Assembly (NCBI GenBank): GCA_963842525.1
Contig: CAWJGT010000034.1
Span: forward strand, 96,001-160,000
Reading direction: 5' to 3'
DNA: 64,000 nucleotides
Source: an uncultured Holophagales bacterium
GTDB lineage: Bacteria > Acidobacteriota > Thermoanaerobaculia > Multivoradales > UBA5704
Positions 9,685 to 18,032 of the stretch are shown in pieces. A model generated the notes under the pieces. It saw nothing but the letters and a program-made list of their open reading frames with translations, ran no database searches and was not told the DNA's origin. Position 1 is the first letter of the stretch. Every line of letters begins with the position of its first letter. The position numbers and the translations under genes were made by a program.

Positions 9685-12600
9685 TGCCGGCCGGGCCGAG
9701 CCGGGGGCCGGAGCCTCTTCAGGAGGAGTCGGCCCCCTTCGAGATCGTCCTCCATACCGGGGGTCTGCCGATCCCCGACGGCGATCCGGTGGACCTCTCC
9801 CTGGGGGGCTCCGAGACCGCCGTCGTCTCGATGGCACACGCGCTGAGCCGGCTGGGCCACCGGGTCAGCGTCTCGTGCAACACCGGAGAGCCCCGCTCGC
9901 GGGGAGGAGTCGATTACCTGCCGCGGGAGCGGCTGGTAGCGGCGCGCGAGGGGCGCGAATGCGACCTCCTGCTCGCCGCCCGGGATGCGACGGTCCTGGA
10001 GCAGCCGGTGCCCGCCCGGATGCACGGCGTGTGGCACCACGACATGCCGGACGAGGAGTCGGTCCGGGTCCTGCGGCCGGGGTTTGCGAGAGCTTCGTTC
10101 TTCCTTTTCCTCAGCCGGTTCCATCAGGAGGCCTTCGAGGCGTTCCTCCCCGGGCTGTCGCGGTACTCCTTCCTCACCACCAACGGTGTGGACTTCGACG
10201 CCCTCGAGCCCCTTCGCAGCGAGCCTGCCGGGAACGCCTCGCCGCCGCGGTTCCTCTACGCTTCGCGCCCGGAGCGAGGGCTTGCGGTCCTCCTGGGCGA
10301 CATCTGGCCGGTCCTCAAGCGCCGCCTGCCCGAGGCGGAGCTGCTCATCACCACGTACTCTTTTGAGGGACTCCTGCTACCCCCGCCGGTCCAGGAACAC
10401 TACCGGCTGTGCGACGAGCTGATCCGGCGCGCGGACGGCGTGCACAAGATCGGCCCCCTCACCCGTCGTGACCTCTGGCGCGAGCTCGCGGCAACAACCG
10501 CTGTCCTCTACCCCACCGACTTCCCCGAATCGAGCTGCATGGTCGCCCTGGAGGCCCAGGCCATGGGGACTCCCATCGTCACGACCGGGCGTTTCGCCCT
10601 CGCCGAGACCGTGGCGTGCCGCGAGACCCTGATCACCGAGCCGTGGCGCTCCCCCCCCTACATACGCGCTTTCGTCCACGCCGCGGTCCGGCTGGCCGAG
10701 GATGCGGAATTCGCCCGGCAGGTCCAGGAGACCGGGCTGCGCCATGTGACCCGGGAGAGCCACTCCTGGGATGCCATCGCCAGGTCCTGGCAGGACCTCT
10801 TTCAGCGCCTGTTCCAGGAGCGCTTCGGGAAACGCAAGGGCGGAGTGCTGCGCCGCCTCCTGCGGGATTCCGACGCCGAAGCGGCAAGGCGTCTGGTGGC
10901 TTTGGAGCCCGAGCCGGAGAAGGTCTTCCATCCCTCGGACCTCGCCGAGCTCGCGTCCCGGTGCAAGGCCAAGGCGGCCGAGCTCGCGGCGGAGCCGGTG
11001 TGGATCGACTTCCCGCCCGATGCCCTCCCTCCCCAGCTCGCGGAAACCTACCGAGCCCTGTCTCTCCTCCTGCCCGACGGCGAGCCCGCGGAGATCCTCG
11101 ACGTCGGTTGCTTCGCCGCCAATCTCTCCCTGCTCTTCGCAAAGGATCGTTCCTGGATCCGGCTCACGGGCGTGGACGGCAACCCGGCGGCCATCGAGAC
11201 CGCCACTCGCAAGGCCGGCGAGCTGGGTCTTGGCGCGCGGACGCGGTTCCTGTGTCTCGTCGATCCTCATCGGGATGAAAGCGGTACGCCCGAGCTCGCC
11301 CCACGGAGCCACGACGTCGTGCTCCTCTGCGAGGTGCTGGACTACTTCCAGGACCCCTTAAATCTGCTGGAATGGGCGGAGAGCCGGGCGCGGAAGGCCG
11401 TCGTCGGCTACACGCTCCACGGGCCCTGGGAAGCTCTCACCGGTGAGCGCTTCCGCCTCTGGAATCCGGAAGAGAGGGGAGCTCCGCCGCCTCCTGGGAG
11501 GCAAGCGCGGGCTCGAGCTTCGTTATTTCAGATGGGGCCAGACCGGCCGCGACGAGCCCCTCGGGGGATGGCTCTTCCGCTATGAGGTCGCTCCCGAAAA
11601 CGTTCCCGGCTGCCTCGACCTGGATTGCAAGATCCTGCGGGCTCTTCCTCTGCCGCGGATCTCGGTCAACATCCTGGTGAAGAACGAAGAGGCCCACATC
11701 CGGCGTGCGGTGGAGAGCCTGCAGGAGATCGCAGACGAGGTCGTCATCGGAGACACGGGCTGCACGGACCTGACGTTGGACATCCTGGAATCCATGGGCT
11801 TCCGCAAGTGCAGCGGGAAACCTGTTCGGGGCTGCTCCGACCGCCGGATCGTGGAGATCGCGTTCGAGGACTTCTCACAGGCACGCAATGCCCTGGCCAG
11901 CCATGCCACCGGGGACTACATCCTCTGGCACGATGCCGATGAGGCCATGGTGAGCTCCTCCGTCCTGCGCGGCCTCGTGGACTTCAACGAATATTTCGAC
12001 GCTTTCGGCATCGAGCAACGCCATCTGGTCCTCGACCTCCATATGAGCTCCGATTACCCGCTCCGCTGTTTCCGGCCGCAGACCGCCGACGGCCCCCTCC
12101 AGTGGACCGGCTGCATTCATGAGCAGGTGGAGCACCGGCTCAACGAGCCGCCGCGCAGGGTCCTGATCTGCCCCGGCGTCTATGTCATCCACCTGGGGTA
12201 CCTCGAAAACCAGTTGCGGGCGGACAAGGCCTTCAACCGCAACTGGCCCCTGTTCCTCAAGGACCGGAAGGAGAATCCCGGCCGCCTGGCCGGGTACGTC
12301 CTGGGCATCCGGGAGTACCTGCTGCTCGCCAACTGGGAGATCGCCAAGGCCGGTTGCATGACGCGCAAGGCCTATCGCTGCCTCAACTACGGCTTCGAGG
12401 TCTGGCACCGGTACGTTCGTCCCTTGCCGCAGCAATACCGGGATCACGGCTTTTCGATCTCCCGTGAGATCCTCGCTCTGCTGGGCCGGCATGGCATGCC
12501 CCTGCGCCTCACCGGCACCGTGCCGTTCCAGGCCGAGGTTGCCCTCGAGGTCGTCCCCGCCGGCCGGCCGGCCCCGGCCGAAGGCCGGCCCCGCCTATGG

Positions 12601-12777
12601 ACCTTCTTCGCCGACCTTGGAGAGCTGCGGGAGGAGATCGAACGAGGCCTCGACGGGATCGCTGCCGGGCTCGACGCCGCGGCCGGACCCGCGCCTGCGA
12701 TCGACGTCGAGAGCACGTCGGAGCTCCGCGAGTGGAGCCTGCTGCCGGAGCTGTTCGACCTGGAGCCGTTGCCGTGA
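9684..12777 (+). CDS. Multidomain GT4 glycosyltransferase - SAM methyltransferase - GT2 glycosyltransferase (frameshift near 11470)
   Basis: SLGGSETA, YASRPERGL, ESSCMVALEAQAMG (GT4); ILDVGC (MTase); NILVKNEE..GDTGCTD..DFSQARN..HDADE..IHEQ (GT2, ORF 11443-12777). Confidence 0.8.
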
Positions 12778-12861
12778 TTCACCGTGAACGGAGACGAGAT
12801 CGTCGCGAACGCGGCCGATTCATGAAGAACGAGGGCCGATTCACGGGAAACGGCTTCGCGA

Positions 12862-13884
12862 TCACGGCAAATCGGGCTGGTTCACGGCGAATCGAGCCGG
12901 TTCACCATGAATCGGCTCGCGTTCACGGCAAACCAGAGCCAGTTCACCATGAATCGGCCCGCGATCACGGCAAATCAGAGCCGGTTCACCATGAATCGGC
13001 CCGCGTTTGCGGCAAACCAGAGCCGGTTCAGGCCCCCGCTTCTGGCCCGTGACGGTCGGGAGAAGAGCGACGAGATCCTCGATCTCCCACACCCGGGTAG
13101 TGACACCGGCCGCCATTGCCGGGGTGATTCTGAGGCTCCGGTGAATCCGGCAGAAGTTGTAATGGGCATGGAAGAGGCCGATCGCCGCGGTATGGTTCTC
13201 CACCTTCTTAGAGAATGCGTTAGTGAGTCTGGTGAAGCGCCGGAGGCTCATCCGGATCGTGAGGTTTGACCGCTCCACGTACGAGGTCGAGATGTGGTGC
13301 GGGTTGGGACAGCCGACGACGGCATGCTTCTCGGCGCCGATGCACTCTGCCGGCGAGTAGCGCGTCTCCGGACCGCTCGGGGCGACACCGTAGAGCTTGA
13401 CGAGCTGCGCGAAGTCGATCTCGCCGCCGAACGCGTCCTCCACAGCGCTCAAGTACATCTTGTGTCCGTCCGTCGTGAGCTGTACCCGATTGACCATGCG
13501 GCTCGCGAGGTCTTGCATGAACTCGGTCGCGCACCCGACGTCCCGGGAGCCGACCAGGAAGCTCGGGATCAATTTAGTATCAGCATCGATTGCGGTGAAG
13601 GTCCAGACGTCACCATAGCCAAACTGGCCCTTGTACTCTGCGGGGACGATCTTTTCCTTCGCATACACGAAAGACCAGATCTCGTCTACCTGGATACGCT
13701 TGCAGGTAAGGTTCCGTAACTCATTGTCCTGCATACGGATACAAGCTTCGCCGATCTCCCGCCAGAGCTTCATGACGGTGTCTTTGGAGACGCCGGCCAT
13801 GCGAGCCGTGGCCCGGATTCCGACACCTTCGACCAGGGCGGAGACGATCTGGACCCGCTTCGCGGTGCTGAGTACGTTTGCCAT
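12862..13884 (-). CDS. IS1-family DDE transposase (native C-terminus lost at the element edge; reads into the flanking repeat)
   Basis: N-terminal HTH, IQVDEIWSFV, QLTTDG, STSYVERSNLTIRM, RRFTRLTNAFSKK, YNFCRIH, TPAMAAG. Confidence 0.9.
   Translation of the reverse strand: MANVLSTAKRVQIVSALVEGVGIRATARMAGVSKDTVMKLWREIGEACIRMQDNELRNLTCKRIQVDEIWSFVYAKEKIVPAEYKGQFGYGDVWTFTAIDADTKLIPSFLVGSRDVGCATEFMQDLASRMVNRVQLTTDGHKMYLSAVEDAFGGEIDFAQLVKLYGVAPSGPETRYSPAECIGAEKHAVVGCPNPHHISTSYVERSNLTIRMSLRRFTRLTNAFSKKVENHTAAIGLFHAHYNFCRIHRSLRITPAMAAGVTTRVWEIEDLVALLPTVTGQKRGPEPALVCRKRGPIHGEPALICRDRGPIHGELALVCREREPIHGEPARFAVNQPDLP
12894..13030. repeat. 42-bp tandem repeat (about 3.3 copies here; degenerate units back to about 12777; continues at 17025-17042)
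   Basis: Unit GAGCCGGTTCACCATGAATCGGCCCGCGxTCACGGCAAAyCA. Confidence 0.85.
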
Positions 13885-13891
13885 ACTAGAC

Positions 13892-13920
13892 ATTATACGT
13901 AGGCGTCTTGGCACTGTCAA
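13892..13920 (-). promoter_or_regulatory. Perfect sigma70 promoter for the IS1 transposase, probably leaderless
   Basis: TTGACA-17 nt-TATAAT on the minus strand, 7 nt before the ATG at 13884. Confidence 0.85.
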
Positions 13921-14003
13921 GCCCTTTGCTTCGGAGACGAGGTAAGATAGGGACGAACCACAGAAGGCGGACGCCACTACAGAACACGCGACAATACCGC
14001 GGA

Positions 14004-14019
14004 ATCACATTTTTGTGAT
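14004..14019. promoter_or_regulatory. Palindromic operator candidate for the XRE antitoxin
   Basis: ATCACA-TTTT-TGTGAT overlapping the putative GTG start of the toxin. Confidence 0.45.
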
Positions 14020-14443
14020 AGTCTAGGACTACATCGGCCGCAGAGGGGCTGCGGCAGTCAAGCGAAGCCCCGATCCCCCTACACCAGGGGCAATAAGGAC
14101 TTGGCGAGATGGGTTACCGGTACCGCAGCGCGCCCAACTCGACCAGAAACTCGACATGCTAAGAGATACACATGACACGAGTCTCTTGCCGGGCCTGATG
14201 GCCGGCCCGATCAAGAGGTTTCCTCATCTCTATAAGCTTCAAGCGGGCGGGAAGGTGCGACTACGCCCGTTACTGTGCCGGGGACCGTTTGATGCTGAGG
14301 TTGAGCTGACGCTGCTAGCTCCCGCCACTGAGCGCGATGGGCAGTTCGAACCGCTGAATGCACCTACTCAGGCAGACAATCACCGTCTGGAGATCATCGC
14401 CGATGCAAGGCTCCGAGCAGAATACCTCTTCCCTCTGGACTAG
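14015..14443 (+). CDS. RelE/HigB-like toxin (in-frame TAG at 14024-14026; track ORF starts at 14156)
   Basis: VIV*DY...IRTWRDGLP...RAQLDQKLDML...LYKLQAGGKVRLRPLLCRGP...LTLLAPATERD; toxin-first arrangement. Confidence 0.6.
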
Positions 14444-14939
14444 GCTCACTCGATCATTTCGGGATCGTGAATACCGGCACGTCTATGCCGAGTCATTTAC
14501 AAACACCCTGATCGCTGCGCAACTGAAAGCCAACCGTGAAATGCGCAAGCTCAGTCAGGAACAACTTGCTGAGCTTGCCGGCATGAAACAGTCGCGCATT
14601 TCCGCTATCGAAAATGTTAACTATGAGAGTTGGAGCGTGAGGACTCTTCGGCGCATAGCTCGCACCTTCGATCTCGTTTTGGTTATCAAGTTCGAAAGTT
14701 TCGGCAATGTCGTCCGCGAAATGGAGTCTTTCGACCGTTCAAGCCTAGAGAGACCATCATTCCAAGATGATCCGGATTTTAAAGTTAGCAGCGAGCGAAC
14801 GACAACACCAGGCAACGTGGTGGCGTTTCCGGGAGCGCGCTCTCAAGAGGACTCGTCGGCAGGGGACGCGCTAGCCGTGGCGGACTTTGCAGGCGAGATA
14901 ATCGGCTCACACAATTGGGGAATTACAGCTCATGGCTGA
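14358..14939 (+). CDS. XRE/HigA-like HTH antitoxin with C-terminal extension
   Basis: IAAQLKANREMRKLSQEQLAELAGMKQSRISAIEN..SVRTLRRIA; start uncertain (possibly ATG at about 14403). Confidence 0.8.
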   Translation: MHLLRQTITVWRSSPMQGSEQNTSSLWTRLTRSFRDREYRHVYAESFTNTLIAAQLKANREMRKLSQEQLAELAGMKQSRISAIENVNYESWSVRTLRRIARTFDLVLVIKFESFGNVVREMESFDRSSLERPSFQDDPDFKVSSERTTTPGNVVAFPGARSQEDSSAGDALAVADFAGEIIGSHNWGITAHG

Positions 14940-15459
14940 GCATAAATGGTCCCTTCTCTGCTATCGGGCGTGCATCGATAAGCACTCCAATATGTTAACT
15001 ATTCTGGAAGTGACCGACGAAATCACTATCGAGCTAATTCAGGAGCCGCTACCGGAAAATCCGCTTTTGCCGCTTAGCCTGCATCTGGTCTCTATGTGGC
15101 ACCGAAACGATCCGGAAAAGCCAGAAAAATTCTGGTCGTCTTACACAATTTCCACACCCGGCGGCGAAGTGTTTGTCGCCGGCAAATCGCTTGAGGGGAA
15201 TCTCGAGACACACCTTCGCCTTCGCCTAATCTTCGGTATTCAAGGTGCCCCATTCAAAGGTGCGGGGGTCTATACGTTTAACGTTACGGTTGCAGACAGC
15301 CCGAGCGGTCCCTTCGAGACAGTGGTGGCTCAGGTACCGCTGGTACTCAAGATCAGAGAAGACTCTGACGCTTCTGCCACCTTGCCAGAGCAGCCCGGCG
15401 AGCCGACTCCCGCCGCTCCTCGGAAGTCATCTTCGCGGCGCGGGCGTGGCCGCCCTTAG
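14932..15459 (+). CDS. Hypothetical beta-rich protein (DUF6941-like)
   Basis: WSLLCYRACID..NMLTILEV, GAGVYTFNV; overlaps the XRE stop codon. Confidence 0.6.
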   Translation: MAEHKWSLLCYRACIDKHSNMLTILEVTDEITIELIQEPLPENPLLPLSLHLVSMWHRNDPEKPEKFWSSYTISTPGGEVFVAGKSLEGNLETHLRLRLIFGIQGAPFKGAGVYTFNVTVADSPSGPFETVVAQVPLVLKIREDSDASATLPEQPGEPTPAAPRKSSSRRGRGRP

Positions 15460-15601
15460 CTCCCCCGAGCTTCCCCAGCGCAACAGCCGCCGGATTCTTC
15501 CCGGCGTCCGGATCTTCGCGTGGGCGCTCGCCTATGGCTTCCTGGAAGACTTGGAAGGCTAGCTCGTTCGGGTCACGAGGTCTGCGTGGGCGCTTAGGCA
15601 T
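15353..15601 (-). CDS. Small basic protein typical of IS1/IS1595-associated elements
   Basis: MPKRPRRPRDPNELA...KNPAAVALGKLGGAKGGHARAAKMTSEERRESARRAALARW; extended -10 TGnTACCAT 6 nt upstream. Confidence 0.8.
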   Translation of the reverse strand: MPKRPRRPRDPNELAFQVFQEAIGERPREDPDAGKNPAAVALGKLGGAKGGHARAAKMTSEERRESARRAALARWQKRQSLL

Positions 15602-15762
15602 GCTCCCATGGTATCACACTCCTCTGGGCGAGCGTATGCTGTCGGCACTCAGCATAGGAGGGAGTGAGGCATGAGAATTAAGACCAACATCAAGGCCGGA
15701 CCCGAGATCATCAATAAGCCTACGGGTTGAAGCGGGGCGGCCCGTACAGGCGCCGCCCGGAG

Positions 15763-16216
15763 TCAGACCGACTCTCGGCGGTACCGCTCGACGATCGGGA
15801 GAGGGTCCGGCAGCTCTCCGCGGAGGATTGCAGGAGCCAATTCGGACGCAAGCGATTTGCACTGATGGTAGGTGCGCAGCGTTGCCAGAATGCGGCGGGT
15901 CGGGAGATGTACTAGGGTGTAATGGGCGCTGACAAGGTCCTGCCCTTGGGCGTTACCGCGGAAGGCCCCGAACGGCTCAGAGAGGCGACCGTTCAACATT
16001 GTCTCGCCGGCTTCCAGCTCCGCCAAAAACCGGCCCCTGCGCCACGTCAAAGGGATCGGCCTCCCGACCCGTGCGCGAGCCTTCAGGTAGCAGTCTGCCG
16101 CCTGTGCGAGCCACCCGCCGATCGAAGAAGAAGCCGTCCAGGTCTGCGGCTCTCTTCCAGTCAACGGACTGGCGATCCGTGGCACGGACGGAGAAAGTAG
16201 CCGTCTTCACGCCCAT
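15763..16216 (-). CDS. Hypothetical protein with RHH-like N-terminus (probable frameshift near 16125)
   Basis: Joining ORF 15977-16216 (MGVKTATFSVRATDRQSVDWKRAA) with ORF 15763-16185 (SIGGWLAQAADCYL); RBS GGAGGAG. Confidence 0.45.
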
Positions 16217-16497
16217 CTCTCCTCCGTCTCCAGGGCCGCCCGCTTCGCCTGGAGCTGCCGGCGCTCGGCCTCGAAGTCGCGATGCACGCTGGTCAGCTTG
16301 GGGTGATTTCGGATGACGTAATCCGCGCAGTAGAGCAGAAACGCGGCGAGCCGGGTGCCGTTGCCAAGCGCCTGCCGTGCGGCAGCATCGAGGCGTCTCT
16401 GGTCGAAGGTGTCGTAGACCGTCACGGTGATCCGCTCCGGCCGGTAGTCACCTACCGGGGCGAGCTTCCGCCGCTGTTGGATGTGGTACCAGGCCAT
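16207..16497 (-). CDS. Hypothetical protein
   Basis: RBS AGGAGG; coupled to its neighbours. Confidence 0.55.
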   Translation of the reverse strand: MAWYHIQQRRKLAPVGDYRPERITVTVYDTFDQRRLDAAARQALGNGTRLAAFLLYCADYVIRNHPKLTSVHRDFEAERRQLQAKRAALETEERWA

Positions 16498-16499
16498 GG

Positions 16500-16868
16500 C
16501 TAGACCTCCTCTCCTGCCTGATGCTGCCGCTCCTGCCACTCCTCAAGCAGCTCGGCCGGGGTCAGGTCCCCGGCCTCGTCGAGCGCCACGATCGCCGGTT
16601 CCAAGTCATCCGAGAGGATGCATTCCAGGCTCCCGACGATGCTGTACGTCAACGCCTGCGGCGTCCGATGCTCTCCCATGGCTTCGGCTTCTTCGGCCGA
16701 GTAGACCTCCGGGAGTGAATGCCGGATGCCCCGGAGCACCATGGCGATCTGGCGCAGCTTGCCGGCGGCGCATCGGATGAGGCGTTGCGCGACGATCTCG
16801 TCTCTGGTCTTCCGGGGGAGCGAGGGCTCTTCGGGGTGGGGTGTAAAATCCTCAACTAGCTCGGGCAT
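16500..16868 (-). CDS. Hypothetical protein
   Basis: RBS GGAGG before MPELVEDF; first gene of a three-gene operon. Confidence 0.55.
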   Translation of the reverse strand: MPELVEDFTPHPEEPSLPRKTRDEIVAQRLIRCAAGKLRQIAMVLRGIRHSLPEVYSAEEAEAMGEHRTPQALTYSIVGSLECILSDDLEPAIVALDEAGDLTPAELLEEWQERQHQAGEEV

Positions 16869-17029
16869 GGGATGCCTCCGTGCTCGGGTCAGGCTCGGGC
16901 GGGTGCTCACTACACCCGTTCGGGCCGTTTCGGGTCTTCGAGGGGATACGCTTCCCCCCTGTAAGGGGGAAGCTACAGCAGAATCAAGGGGTTACGGGGG
17001 CGGATTTCAAACTAGGACACTACCCCGGT

Positions 17030-18016
17030 TCACCGTGAATCGGGGGTGAGGTCCAGCACGATCTTGCCAAACACGCCCCCGCGCTCCAGGGCCTTGTAGG
17101 CCTCGGCGGCGCGTTCGAAGGGGACGACGCGGGCGACGACCGGGCGCAGGCGGCCGTCGCGCAGGCGCGGCAGGGCGAAGGCGGCGAATTCGGAGACCAG
17201 CTTCGCCTTCTCCTGTCGCGGACGGGGACGGAGCAGCGAGCCGGCGATGCGCAGCCGGCGGCCGAGGATGAGCGAGAGGTCCACCTCGTGGGTCCTGCCT
17301 CCGAGCAGGCCGACCAGGACGAGCCGGCCGCGGTCGCGCAGGGAGGCCAGGTGGGCGTTGAAAGAGGCGCCTCCCACGAGGTCGAAGACGAGGTCGACGC
17401 CGCGCCCCCCGGTCGCCTCGCGCACCTGCCGGGCGAGGTCGCTCCCTGCCACGCAGATCTCCTCCACCCCCAGCTCCCGGAGCTGCTCCAGCCGGCTGCG
17501 GTCGCGCGCCACGGCGAGGACCCGGGCGCCGAGCTCGCGGGCGAGCTGGACGGCGAAGCTGCCCATTCCGCCCGTGGCGCCGGTCACCAGGACCGACTGC
17601 CCCGCCTCCAGCTCCCCCTCGACCACCAGGTTCGTCCAGGCGGTGAGCGCCGCCTCGGGGACGGCAGCCGCTTGCACAAAAGAAAGATTGTCAGGGATGG
17701 GCATGAGCTGGCCCGGCGGGATGGCGACGAACGAGCCGTGCGCGCCGCCGCCGGTCAGGGCCATGACCCGGGCCCCGGGCTGCCAGAGGCCGGGGCCTTC
17801 CTTCCCCACCACCCGCCCGGCACACTCGAGCCCGGGGACGTCGCTCTCGCCGGGCGGCGGCGGGTACTGGCCGCGGATCTGCAGGACGTCGGCGTGGTTG
17901 ACGCCCGCCGCCTCCACCGCCACCAGCACCTCGCCCGGCCCCGGCACCGGATCGGGGAGGTCCCCGATGCGCGGCGCCGGGATGCGAGGGTCGGACGGGG
18001 GGAGGACGGCCCGCAC
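17030..18016 (-). CDS. NAD(P)H-quinone oxidoreductase (zeta-crystallin/PIG3 MDR family)
   Basis: GVNHADVLQIRGQYPPPPG, PGLECAG, GATGGMG, GKIVL. Confidence 0.92.
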   Translation of the reverse strand: MRAVLPPSDPRIPAPRIGDLPDPVPGPGEVLVAVEAAGVNHADVLQIRGQYPPPPGESDVPGLECAGRVVGKEGPGLWQPGARVMALTGGGAHGSFVAIPPGQLMPIPDNLSFVQAAAVPEAALTAWTNLVVEGELEAGQSVLVTGATGGMGSFAVQLARELGARVLAVARDRSRLEQLRELGVEEICVAGSDLARQVREATGGRGVDLVFDLVGGASFNAHLASLRDRGRLVLVGLLGGRTHEVDLSLILGRRLRIAGSLLRPRPRQEKAKLVSEFAAFALPRLRDGRLRPVVARVVPFERAAEAYKALERGGVFGKIVLDLTPDSR

Positions 18017-18032
18017 GCAGGAAAGCCCGGGA

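Larger units (their letters stand above)
13031..17024. mobile_element. IS1-family cargo element (about 4 kb) flanked by 8-bp direct repeat CCGGTTCA
   Basis: CCGGTTCA at 13023-13030 and 17025-17032; right end ATTTCAAACTAGGACACTACC (17004-17024); IS1-type transposase inside; visibly lower GC at about 13.9-15.4 kb. Confidence 0.8.

Noticed and set aside
7506-11585. 1359-aa cyclase-glycosyltransferase fusion
   Set aside because: The middle section is an off-frame read-through of the TPR and DP-EP genes, caused by the 8160-8227 rearrangement.
12777-13030. CRISPR array or repeat-protein gene
   Set aside because: No spacers; the ORFs over it (12597-13052, 12907-13269) are just translations of the repeat.
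16983-16995. AATCAAGGGGTTA as an integrase/Xer-like site
   Set aside because: Single short match with no tyrosine recombinase nearby; more likely part of the IS sub-terminal region.
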